From Robiginitalea sp. (lineage in GTDB: Bacteria > Bacteroidota > Bacteroidia > Flavobacteriales > Flavobacteriaceae): DNA of 37,509 bases. The notes beneath the pieces were generated by a model. That model saw only the letters and a list, made by a program, of their open reading frames with translations, was not told the origin of the DNA and searched no databases. Location: positions 1 through 37,509 of the forward strand of contig JBNKHB010000001.1 in assembly GCA_050290125.1 (NCBI GenBank), given 5' to 3'. Every line of letters begins with the position of its first letter. Position 1 is the first letter of the stretch. Positions 1 to 8,625 of this stretch are shown piece after piece. The translations under genes were made by a program, and so were the position numbers.

Positions 1-1
1 A

Positions 2-394
2 TACAAAGTGCGCCGCTTTAACTGGTTCCTCTACAACGACAACGAGGAGTTCGATTACCATATGAATAACGACCTGGGCAAGATGGTCCTGAACCCGGAC
101 GTGAACGTACGTTCCCGCGGGGTGATGGAAAAATGCTCCTGGTGTATCCAGATGACGCAAAAGTCTATCCTGGATGCCAAGCGCGACGGCCGCACCGTTA
201 CTGACGACGAGTTCCAGACGGCATGCTCGAACGCCTGCAGCTCCGGAGCCATCGTATTCGGGGATATCAACGATAAGGAAAGCGAGGTCTCCAAATTGGC
301 GGAGAGCGACCGGATGTACCACCTGCTCGAACACGTCGGCACCAAGCCGAATGTGTTCTATCACGTAAAAGTCCGCAACACAGACCAAGCATAA
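2..394 (+). CDS. actB: Alternative complex III subunit B (molybdopterin-oxidoreductase-like Fe-S subunit), C-terminal fragment; gene starts before the window
   Basis: Frame is open from the window edge (YKVRRFNW...); LNPDVNVRSRGVMEKCSWC...TACSNAC Fe-S motifs; lies directly upstream of NrfD-like actC. Confidence 0.9.
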   Translation, partial: YKVRRFNWFLYNDNEEFDYHMNNDLGKMVLNPDVNVRSRGVMEKCSWCIQMTQKSILDAKRDGRTVTDDEFQTACSNACSSGAIVFGDINDKESEVSKLAESDRMYHLLEHVGTKPNVFYHVKVRNTDQA

Positions 395-419
395 CACTAA
401 GCAACGAAAACAAGATTCT

Positions 420-2159
420 ATGGCGTCGCATTACGAAGCACCGATACGCAAACCCCTGGTACTGGGTGACAAAGGCTATCACGACGTTTCCGTCGATATC
501 GCCGCCCCGGTTGAAGGCCGCGCCAACCGGCAGTGGTGGATTGTGTTCACCATCGCCTTTGTGGCATTCCTGTGGGGGATCGGTTGTATCATTTACACCA
601 TCTCGACCGGTATCGGTACCTGGGGTCTGAACCGGACCGTAAACTGGGCCTGGGACATTACCAACTTCGTCTGGTGGGTGGGTATCGGCCACGCCGGGAC
701 CCTGATCTCGGCCGTACTCCTGCTGTTCCGCCAGAAGTGGAGAATGGCGATCAACCGCTCTGCGGAAGCCATGACCATCTTCTCGGTAATCCAGGCGGGG
801 CTTTTCCCCATCATCCACATGGGGCGTCCCTGGCTGGCCTACTGGGTGGTGCCGATCCCGAACCCGCTCGGGTCGCTTTGGGTGAACTTCAATTCCCCGC
901 TGCTCTGGGACGTATTTGCGATCTCAACGTATCTGTCCGTATCGCTGGTATTCTGGTGGACGGGGCTGTTGCCGGATTTCGCCATGATCCGCGACCGGGC
1001 CGTGAAGCCCTTCCAGAAAAAGATCTACAGCCTGGTGAGCTTCGGCTGGAGCGGCCGGGCCAAGGACTGGCAACGCTTCGAGGAAGTATCCCTGGTACTC
1101 GCCGGTTTGGCGACCCCGCTGGTACTTTCCGTACACACCATCGTATCCTTTGACTTTGCCACCTCGGTGATCCCCGGATGGCACACCACCATCTTCCCGC
1201 CCTACTTTGTTGCGGGGGCCATTTTCTCCGGGTTCGCCATGGTACAGACCCTGCTGATCATCATGCGGAAGGTCTGCAACCTGGAAGCGTACATCACCGT
1301 ACAGCATATCGAATTGATGAACATCGTCATCATGATCACGGGTTCCATCGTGGGATGCGCCTATATCACCGAGCTGTTCATCGCCTGGTATTCCGGCGTG
1401 GAATACGAGCAGTACGCCTTCCTGAACCGGGCCACCGGTCCCTATTGGTGGGCCTATACCCTGATGATGACCTGTAACGTGGTCTCCCCGCAGGTCATGT
1501 GGTTCAAAAAAATCCGGACCAGCATCATGGTTTCGTTTATTATCTCCATCGTGGTGAATATCGGGATGTGGTTTGAGCGTTTCGTGATCATCGTGACCTC
1601 GCTGCACCGCGATTACCTGCCGTCTTCCTGGACCATGTTCTCGCCCACATTTGTGGACATCGGGATCTTTATCGGGACCATCGGTTTCTTCTTCACCTTA
1701 TTCCTGCTCTACGCGCGCACCTTCCCGGTGATCGCCCAGGCGGAGGTGAAGTCCATCCTGAAGGCATCCGGGGAGCGCTACAAGAAACTGCGCGCAGCCG
1801 GTAAGCCGCTCTACAGCATTTCAACAACGGCCAGCGTTACGGCCGAGCCGGCAGCTCCTGTAGCCCCTGCTCCGGCACCGGATCCGGCGGCCGCAGAAGC
1901 ACAGGTGAGCAGCCTGCTGGATAGTCTGGGGACCTTTGATCCGGCTACGCAAACGGCGGATGACCTTAAAAAAGTGAAAGGGATCGGACCACAGATGGAA
2001 CGTACCCTCAACCAGATCGGCATTTACACTTTTGCCCAGGTGAGCCGGATGACCCAACGGGAATACGACCTGCTGGATTCTATTACGGGCTCCTTCCCGG
2101 GCCGCGCCCAACGGGACGACTGGGCCGGGCAGGCAAAACGCTTAAACGAAAACAAGTAA
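420..2159 (+). CDS. actC: Alternative complex III subunit C (NrfD/PsrC family quinol-binding membrane subunit) with an extra C-terminal Ala/Pro linker and helix-hairpin-helix-like domain
   Basis: WDITNFVWWVGIGHAGTLISA, RSAEAMT, HMGRPW and SPLLWDVFAI motifs; many TM helices; operon position. Confidence 0.93.
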   Translation: MASHYEAPIRKPLVLGDKGYHDVSVDIAAPVEGRANRQWWIVFTIAFVAFLWGIGCIIYTISTGIGTWGLNRTVNWAWDITNFVWWVGIGHAGTLISAVLLLFRQKWRMAINRSAEAMTIFSVIQAGLFPIIHMGRPWLAYWVVPIPNPLGSLWVNFNSPLLWDVFAISTYLSVSLVFWWTGLLPDFAMIRDRAVKPFQKKIYSLVSFGWSGRAKDWQRFEEVSLVLAGLATPLVLSVHTIVSFDFATSVIPGWHTTIFPPYFVAGAIFSGFAMVQTLLIIMRKVCNLEAYITVQHIELMNIVIMITGSIVGCAYITELFIAWYSGVEYEQYAFLNRATGPYWWAYTLMMTCNVVSPQVMWFKKIRTSIMVSFIISIVVNIGMWFERFVIIVTSLHRDYLPSSWTMFSPTFVDIGIFIGTIGFFFTLFLLYARTFPVIAQAEVKSILKASGERYKKLRAAGKPLYSISTTASVTAEPAAPVAPAPAPDPAAAEAQVSSLLDSLGTFDPATQTADDLKKVKGIGPQMERTLNQIGIYTFAQVSRMTQREYDLLDSITGSFPGRAQRDDWAGQAKRLNENK

Positions 2160-2162
2160 CAG

Positions 2163-2684
2163 ATGGCATCTAAAGTTATACAGGCATTTTACGACGACGA
2201 TGACGTGCTGATGCATGCGGTCAAGAAAGTCAGGGCTGCCCATCACCATATCGAAGAGGTGTATTGCCCCTTCCCGGTACACGGGCTGGACAAGGCCATG
2301 GGCCTTGCACCGACTCGGATCGCGATTACCTCCTTCATGTACGGCTGTCTGGGTCTTACGGTAGCCATCGTTATGATGAATTATATCATGATCCAGGACT
2401 GGCCGCAGGACATCGGGGGGAAACCGAGTTTCAGCTATATCGAGAACATGCCGGCCTTTGTGCCCGTCATGTTTGAAATGACCGTGTTCTTTGCCGCCCA
2501 CCTCATGGTGATCACCTTTTACCTGAGAAGCCGGCTTTGGCCGTTCAAGAAGGCGGAGAATCCGGATGTGCGCAGCACAGATGACCATTTTATCATGGAG
2601 ATCGAGGCGCACGGAGACCTGTCCGGCCTGACCGATTTGCTCCGGGAAACCGGCGCGGTAGAAATCAATACTGTAGAAAAGTAA
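2163..2684 (+). CDS. actD: Alternative complex III subunit D (DUF3341)
   Basis: PFPVHGLD, WPQDIGGKP and PVMFEMTV motifs; two TM helices; between actC and actE. Confidence 0.9.
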   Translation: MASKVIQAFYDDDDVLMHAVKKVRAAHHHIEEVYCPFPVHGLDKAMGLAPTRIAITSFMYGCLGLTVAIVMMNYIMIQDWPQDIGGKPSFSYIENMPAFVPVMFEMTVFFAAHLMVITFYLRSRLWPFKKAENPDVRSTDDHFIMEIEAHGDLSGLTDLLRETGAVEINTVEK

Positions 2685-2693
2685 GCCAGCGCA

Positions 2694-3254
2694 ATGAAGA
2701 AGACGCTCTATACCCTTTTAACGCTCACCGGTCTGTTGGCTTTGTCGTCCTGCCAGGACACGAAGGAACCCAACTATCAGTATATGCCCAACATGTACGA
2801 GACGGTCGGTTACGATGCGTACCAGCCATCGGCTATCATGCCCAACGGGGCTTCTGCCATGACTCCTGCGGACCATACGGTCGCACGCGGCAAGAAGCCG
2901 TACCAGCTCGAGAATACCCTGGAGGGTAAGGAACTGGCGCGGGCCATGACCAGCCCCCTGGATTCGCTCCAGCGGGAAGATAACCTGGCTGTGGGAGCTG
3001 AGCTTTACGCCATTTATTGTGCCATCTGCCACGGGCCCAAAGGGGACGGGCAGGGACGTCTGGTGCAGCGCGAAAAAATCCTGGGAGTGCCTTCTTACGA
3101 CGACGCCGGAAGGAATATTACCGTGGGGACCACCTATCATGTGATCTACTACGGCCAGAATGCCATGGGCTCTTATGCCAATCAGCTCAGCGAGACAGAA
3201 CGCTGGCAGGTATCCGAGTACGTCATGAAACTCAAGGAAGACTTAACAAACTAA
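2694..3254 (+). CDS. actE: Alternative complex III subunit E, monoheme cytochrome c lipoprotein
   Basis: Lipobox LSSC; YMPNM motif; heme motif CAICH; distal Met in AMGSYA. Confidence 0.9.
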   Translation: MKKTLYTLLTLTGLLALSSCQDTKEPNYQYMPNMYETVGYDAYQPSAIMPNGASAMTPADHTVARGKKPYQLENTLEGKELARAMTSPLDSLQREDNLAVGAELYAIYCAICHGPKGDGQGRLVQREKILGVPSYDDAGRNITVGTTYHVIYYGQNAMGSYANQLSETERWQVSEYVMKLKEDLTN

Positions 3255-3267
3255 GACAGCTTAGCAG

Positions 3268-4602
3268 ATGTATACCTTCTCGAACAGACTGAAAATAGGT
3301 TCCTTCATCCTGATGGCCGTTGGCCTGCTGGGGATGGCGATCGGTTTTGTAGCGGCGCCTTCCAATGTGGAGGAGGCCAAAGCCCTGGTGGCGGCGGCTC
3401 ACGACGATGGCCACGGAGGCGGACACGGCGAAGCTGCCACTCACATGGAGGCGGAAGCGGATCACGGCGCTGCCGCGCATGATGCGGACCATTCGGCCGA
3501 ACACGATGAGCATTTGCTGCACCAACTGCAGAACCGCCCCTGGACGGCCCTCTATGTAGCTGCCTTCTTTTTCTTTATGATCGCACTGGGAACGCTTGCT
3601 TTTTACGCAGTGCAGCGCGCCTCGCAGGCGGGCTGGTCCCCGCTGCTGTTCCGGGTCATGGAAGGCATCACGGCCTACCTGGTGCCGGGCGGCATCATCG
3701 TTTTTGTGATCCTGGTACTTTCCGTGATGCACATGAACCACTTGTTCGTGTGGATGGACGCGGATACGGTGGCGCACGACGAATTGTTGCAGGGTAAGGC
3801 GGGCTATCTGAACCCCTGGTTCTTCCTGATCCGGGCCCTGATCTTCCTGGGAGGCTGGATCGGCTACCGCGAGGTATCGCGTCGCCTGTCACTTGCCCAG
3901 GACCGTTCTGACGACAACACCAACTTCAAGAAAAATTTTAAATGGTCCGCTGGCTTTCTGGTATTCTACCTGGTGTCCGAGTCCATGATGTCCTGGGACT
4001 GGATCATGAGCGTTGACCCGCACTGGTTCAGCACCCTCTTCGGTTGGTATTTATTTGCCAGTATGTTCGTATCCGGCATCACCACCATTGCAATGGTGAC
4101 CATTTACCTTAAATCACGCGGGTATCTGCCGGATGTCAACGACAGCCATATTCACGACCTGGCCAAATTTATGTTCGCGATCAGTATTTTCTGGACCTAT
4201 CTCTGGTTCGGTCAGTTCATGTTGATCTGGTATGCGAACATCCCGGAAGAGGTTACTTATTTCGTAACGCGGATCGAGGACTTTAAGCTCGTATTCTTCG
4301 GAATGGTTGCCATGAATTTCCTGTTCCCGCTGCTGGTATTGATGAACAGCGATTACAAGCGGGTGAACTGGTTTGTGGTAATGACCGGGATCGTGGTGCT
4401 CGTCGGGCATTACCTGGACGTGTATTTAATGGTTACGCCGGCTACGGTAGGCGATCAATGGTATATCGGTATTCCCGAAATCGGAGCGGTCTGCTTTTTT
4501 GCAGGAGCCTTCATCTTCTGGATCTTCCGGGCCATGACCAAGGCGCCGTTACAGCCTACCCGAAACCCGTTTATCGAAGAGAGCCGACAGTTTCATTATT
4601 AA
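3268..4602 (+). CDS. actF: Alternative complex III subunit F (quinol:cytochrome c oxidoreductase membrane subunit)
   Basis: DWIMSVDPHWFSTLFG and QFMLIWYANIPEE motifs; about 10 TM helices; His-rich loop near the N-terminus. Confidence 0.9.
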   Translation: MYTFSNRLKIGSFILMAVGLLGMAIGFVAAPSNVEEAKALVAAAHDDGHGGGHGEAATHMEAEADHGAAAHDADHSAEHDEHLLHQLQNRPWTALYVAAFFFFMIALGTLAFYAVQRASQAGWSPLLFRVMEGITAYLVPGGIIVFVILVLSVMHMNHLFVWMDADTVAHDELLQGKAGYLNPWFFLIRALIFLGGWIGYREVSRRLSLAQDRSDDNTNFKKNFKWSAGFLVFYLVSESMMSWDWIMSVDPHWFSTLFGWYLFASMFVSGITTIAMVTIYLKSRGYLPDVNDSHIHDLAKFMFAISIFWTYLWFGQFMLIWYANIPEEVTYFVTRIEDFKLVFFGMVAMNFLFPLLVLMNSDYKRVNWFVVMTGIVVLVGHYLDVYLMVTPATVGDQWYIGIPEIGAVCFFAGAFIFWIFRAMTKAPLQPTRNPFIEESRQFHY

Positions 4603-4635
4603 AAACAGCATTAGCGAATTATATCCGATCCTGAT

Positions 4636-5796
4636 ATGACTGCATTATTGACGATCACTGTTTTAGTTCTGGTAGCCATCGCCATCTGGCAGATGACCAA
4701 GATCTTTGAATTTTCGCAAATCCAAACTAAAGCGGCTGATTCGGGGATTGCCAATGCCGAGGACAACAAGAACAACGGGTACCTGATGTTCGGTTTCCTC
4801 GTCTTTATCTACCTGCTCACGATTTTCTGTTTCTGGAAATACAGCAAGTTCCTGCTTCCCGAAGCGGCCAGTGCGCACGGTGGCCAGTATGACACCCTCA
4901 TGTGGTGGAGCTTTCTGATCATTTTTATCGTTCAGTTCATTACCCAGGCCCTGCTCCACTATTTTGCCTTTAAATACAGGGGTAAAAAAGGAGGGAAGGC
5001 GTTGTTCTATGCGGACAACGACCGCCTGGAGTTTATCTGGACCATCATCCCGGTGGTGGTTCTCGCAGGCCTGATCCTGTGGGGGCTCTACACATGGACC
5101 AACATCATGGACATTAACGAGGAGGACGATCCGCTGATCGTGGAACTCTACGCCCAGCAATTTAACTGGACCGCCCGCTACGGAGGCGGCGACAATGTGT
5201 TGGGAGAGGCAAACGTCCGCATGATCGACATCAACCGGGCCAATGTGCTCGGGCTGGACGAATCCGATCCGAACGGCGCCGACGATGTCATTGTAAAAGA
5301 ACTGCACCTGCCCGCCGGCCGGAAAGTGAATTTTAAGATCCGGTCCCAGGACGTTCTGCACTCCGCGTACATGCCCCATTTCCGGGCGCAAATGAACTGT
5401 GTGCCGGGGATGATCACCGAATTTTCGTTTACTCCTACCGTGACCACCGCGGAAATGCGGCAGCGGCCGGAAGTCATCGAAAAAGTAGCACGGACCAATG
5501 CCCTCCGTGCGGAGCGCGCCGCTCTGGGCGAACCCAATTCGGAGCCCTGGGAATTCGACTATGTGCTGCTCTGTAACAAGATCTGCGGCAAGTCCCATTA
5601 CAACATGCAAATGAAGATTATCGTGGAGCCCGAGGCCGACTTTGAGGCATGGCTGGCCAGCCAGCAAACCTTTGCCCAAATGGTCGCCCCTGCCGAGGAG
5701 CCGGAAGCGGAGATGGAACCGCCAATGGCCATGGAAACATCGGCGGAAGGCGATGAGGATCACGGAGGACCGGTTGAAGCCGAAGCCCACGAATAA
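4636..5796 (+). CDS. coxB: Cytochrome c oxidase (aa3-type) subunit II
   Basis: LEFIWTIIP, QFNW, DVLHS and CuA motif CNKICGKSHYNM. Confidence 0.93.
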   Translation: MTALLTITVLVLVAIAIWQMTKIFEFSQIQTKAADSGIANAEDNKNNGYLMFGFLVFIYLLTIFCFWKYSKFLLPEAASAHGGQYDTLMWWSFLIIFIVQFITQALLHYFAFKYRGKKGGKALFYADNDRLEFIWTIIPVVVLAGLILWGLYTWTNIMDINEEDDPLIVELYAQQFNWTARYGGGDNVLGEANVRMIDINRANVLGLDESDPNGADDVIVKELHLPAGRKVNFKIRSQDVLHSAYMPHFRAQMNCVPGMITEFSFTPTVTTAEMRQRPEVIEKVARTNALRAERAALGEPNSEPWEFDYVLLCNKICGKSHYNMQMKIIVEPEADFEAWLASQQTFAQMVAPAEEPEAEMEPPMAMETSAEGDEDHGGPVEAEAHE

Positions 5797-5828
5797 AGCT
5801 ATAAAAGGAAAGAATAAACAAAGAGATT

Positions 5829-7652
5829 ATGTCTGCAAGTGCGCACGCCATAGCCGATGATCACGCCCACGATCACGGACATCACCACAAGGAAACCTTC
5901 GTAACGAAGTACATCTTTAGCCAGGATCACAAGATGATCTCCAAGCAGTACCTGATTACGGGTCTGATCATGGGGACCATCGGGATAGCCATGTCTATTA
6001 TGTTCCGGATGCAACTGGCCTGGCCGGGCGAATCCTTTACCATCTTCGAAGCCCTGCTGGGCAAATGGGCGCCGGATGGGGTAATGGACGCGGACATGTA
6101 CCTGGCCCTGGTAACCATCCACGGTACCATCATGGTATTCTTTGTGTTGACGGCCGGATTGAGCGGTACCTTCAGTAACCTGCTGATCCCGCTGCAGATC
6201 GGAGCGCGGGATATGGCCTCCGGGTTCCTGAACATGATCTCGTACTGGTTGTTTTTCCTTTCCAGCGTGATTATGACCATCTCCCTGTTTGTGGAGGCGG
6301 GGCCTGCGGCGGCCGGATGGACCATTTATCCGCCCCTGAGCGCGCTGCCCATGGCACAGCCGGGTAGTGGCGCGGGGATGACACTTTGGCTGGTCTCCAT
6401 GGCCATCTTTATCGCCTCGTCCCTGCTCGGATCCCTCAACTATATCGTAACGGTAATCAACCTGCGGACCAAAGGCATGTCCATGACGCGGTTGCCGCTG
6501 ACGATCTGGGCCTTCCTGGTGACCGCTGTAATCGGTGTGGTTTCCTTCCCGGTGCTGTTGTCGGCTGCCTTATTGCTGCTTATGGACCGGAGCTTCGGTA
6601 CCTCATTCTTCCTGTCCGATATCTTTATCCAGGGCGAGGTGCTGCACTATCAGGGTGGTTCGCCGGTACTCTATGAACACCTGTTCTGGTTCCTGGGACA
6701 CCCCGAAGTATACATCGTGATCCTGCCTGCGATGGGGATCGTTTCCGAAGTGATGTCGGTGAACGCCCGGAAACCGATCTTCGGGTATCGCGCCATGATC
6801 GCATCCATCCTGGCCATTGCCTTCCTCTCCACCATCGTTTGGGGGCACCACATGTTCGTTTCCGGGATGAATCCGTTCCTGGGGTCGGTATTTACCTTTA
6901 CCACCCTGCTGATCGCCATCCCGTCAGCGGTAAAAGCCTTTAACTGGATCACGACCCTCTGGAAGGGGAACCTGCAGCTAAACCCTGGCATGTTGTTTTC
7001 CATAGGCATGGTTTCCACCTTTATCACAGGGGGCCTTACGGGGATCATCCTCGGTGACAGCACGCTGGACATCAACGTTCACGATACCTATTTTGTGGTA
7101 GCCCACTTCCACCTGGTAATGGGTATTTCCGCACTCTACGGCCTGTTTGCCGGCGTATACCACTGGTTCCCGAAAATGTTCCAGGGCCGCATGATGAACA
7201 AGAACCTGGGCTTTATCCACTTCTGGGTAACGGCCATCGGGTCCTACGGCGTTTTCTTCCCCATGCACTTTGTGGGGATGGCCGGAGTTCCTCGCCGTTA
7301 TTACGAAAACACGGCTTTCCCCATGTTCGACGAACTGGTGGACGTGCAAGTGCTCATGACCGTATTTGCCATTATCACGGCTGCCGTTCAACTGGTATTC
7401 CTGTTCAACTTTATCCGCAGCATCTTCTATGGGGTGCGCGGACCTCAGAACCCCTGGGGCTCCACTACCCTGGAATGGACCGCTCCGCAGGAGCACATGC
7501 ACGGGAACTGGCCCGGTGCCATCCCCGAAGTACACCGTTGGTCTTACGATTACAGCAAGACCTACGAGAACGGGGAATACATCCTTCCCGGCCAGGATTT
7601 TGTCCCGCAGCACATCCCGCTGCAGGAAGGCGAAGAGGAGTTGCGGCACTAA
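5829..7652 (+). CDS. coxA: Cytochrome c oxidase subunit I, type A1
   Basis: FWFLGHPEVY, VWGHHM, HDTYFVVAHFH and GVPRRY motifs. Confidence 0.96.
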   Translation: MSASAHAIADDHAHDHGHHHKETFVTKYIFSQDHKMISKQYLITGLIMGTIGIAMSIMFRMQLAWPGESFTIFEALLGKWAPDGVMDADMYLALVTIHGTIMVFFVLTAGLSGTFSNLLIPLQIGARDMASGFLNMISYWLFFLSSVIMTISLFVEAGPAAAGWTIYPPLSALPMAQPGSGAGMTLWLVSMAIFIASSLLGSLNYIVTVINLRTKGMSMTRLPLTIWAFLVTAVIGVVSFPVLLSAALLLLMDRSFGTSFFLSDIFIQGEVLHYQGGSPVLYEHLFWFLGHPEVYIVILPAMGIVSEVMSVNARKPIFGYRAMIASILAIAFLSTIVWGHHMFVSGMNPFLGSVFTFTTLLIAIPSAVKAFNWITTLWKGNLQLNPGMLFSIGMVSTFITGGLTGIILGDSTLDINVHDTYFVVAHFHLVMGISALYGLFAGVYHWFPKMFQGRMMNKNLGFIHFWVTAIGSYGVFFPMHFVGMAGVPRRYYENTAFPMFDELVDVQVLMTVFAIITAAVQLVFLFNFIRSIFYGVRGPQNPWGSTTLEWTAPQEHMHGNWPGAIPEVHRWSYDYSKTYENGEYILPGQDFVPQHIPLQEGEEELRH

Positions 7653-7678
7653 GCGCAACGGTAACACATCTAAAAATG

Positions 7679-7703
7679 GCCCATCGTTTGATGGGCTTTT
7701 TTT
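7679..7703 (+). terminator. Intrinsic terminator of the act-cox operon
   Basis: GCCCATC-gttt-GATGGGC stem followed by a T7 tract, 27 nt after the coxA stop. Confidence 0.85.
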
Positions 7704-7788
7704 ATGCCCGCGCGTAAATGGGGCATTTGTAATACCTTTAATACCGAAGCGGTATAAACCAATTCATTGGATGAGTAAATCAATAAGA

Positions 7789-8625
7789 ATGAGACGAACC
7801 GGAATCATAGGTCTTCTGCTGCTGGCCATCCTGGCAGGCCCGGAAGCCCTGGCGCAACGCAAACCAAGAATTAAAGGGAACCGGCAGGTAGTCGATGTAT
7901 CAAAGTCACTCCCGCCCTTCAAACACATCCGGCTTACCGATGATCTGGAGGTAAAGATCCGGGAGCGGGCTACCGAGGGTTATTTGCTGGAGGTGGACGA
8001 CAACCTGGTAGATGTGCTGCGCCTGGAGGTCGAGGACAGCACGCTGCGCATCTCGTCCTTTTATAACATCACCCGAAAAAAGGCATTGAACATCACGGTA
8101 TATGTTAATGAACTCGCCTCGGCGGAAGTTACCGCGGGTACGCTGGTCAGCGAGGAGGTGATCGCCCTGGACCTGTTTGCACTCAGGCTGAGCGAAGCCG
8201 CTAAGGCCCGGATGCGACTCCGTACAGAGGTTATGACCCTGCACATGGAAGACAATAGCGCTGCGGACCTGAATGTGGAGGCGGATTCGTTAAGCGTGCA
8301 AATGCTGGACCGCACGGATGCCACCCTCTATTCGGTAAACGCGGATATGAGCGTTGCCTTGCAGGATAATGCGTCCCTGAACCTGGAAGGGATCACTGAG
8401 ATCATGGAGGCCACGGTGTCCGGAAATGCCGGCCTGAAAGCTTCAAAAATGGATGCCGACCGAGTGAAGACCGTGCTGGATGGTGCCGGTATGGCCCGGT
8501 TGCGGGCCCTTGGTGAAGTGGAGCTGGATGCTTCCGGCCAGTCCCGGACGTACATCTACGGGGAACCGGCGATCCGCCTTACCGGCTTCAGGGATCGGAG
8601 CGAATTGCATAAAGAGGAGGACTAG
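7789..8625 (+). CDS. Secreted GIN-domain (DUF2807, putative auto-transporter adhesin head) protein
   Basis: Sec signal peptide ending ALA/Q; IKGNRQV, EVDDNLVD and IYGEP motifs with beta-helix-like repeats. Start at 7789 or 7771; the longer 7366 ORF overlaps coxA and its terminator. Confidence 0.75.
   Translation: MRRTGIIGLLLLAILAGPEALAQRKPRIKGNRQVVDVSKSLPPFKHIRLTDDLEVKIRERATEGYLLEVDDNLVDVLRLEVEDSTLRISSFYNITRKKALNITVYVNELASAEVTAGTLVSEEVIALDLFALRLSEAAKARMRLRTEVMTLHMEDNSAADLNVEADSLSVQMLDRTDATLYSVNADMSVALQDNASLNLEGITEIMEATVSGNAGLKASKMDADRVKTVLDGAGMARLRALGEVELDASGQSRTYIYGEPAIRLTGFRDRSELHKEED

Noticed and set aside
4663-5790. 375-aa minus-strand ORF
   Set aside because: Antisense shadow of coxB
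7366-7788. N-terminal extension of the GIN-domain ORF, suggesting a frameshift fusion to coxA
   Set aside because: Runs through the coxA 3' end and a clear terminator; the signal peptide starts at 7789
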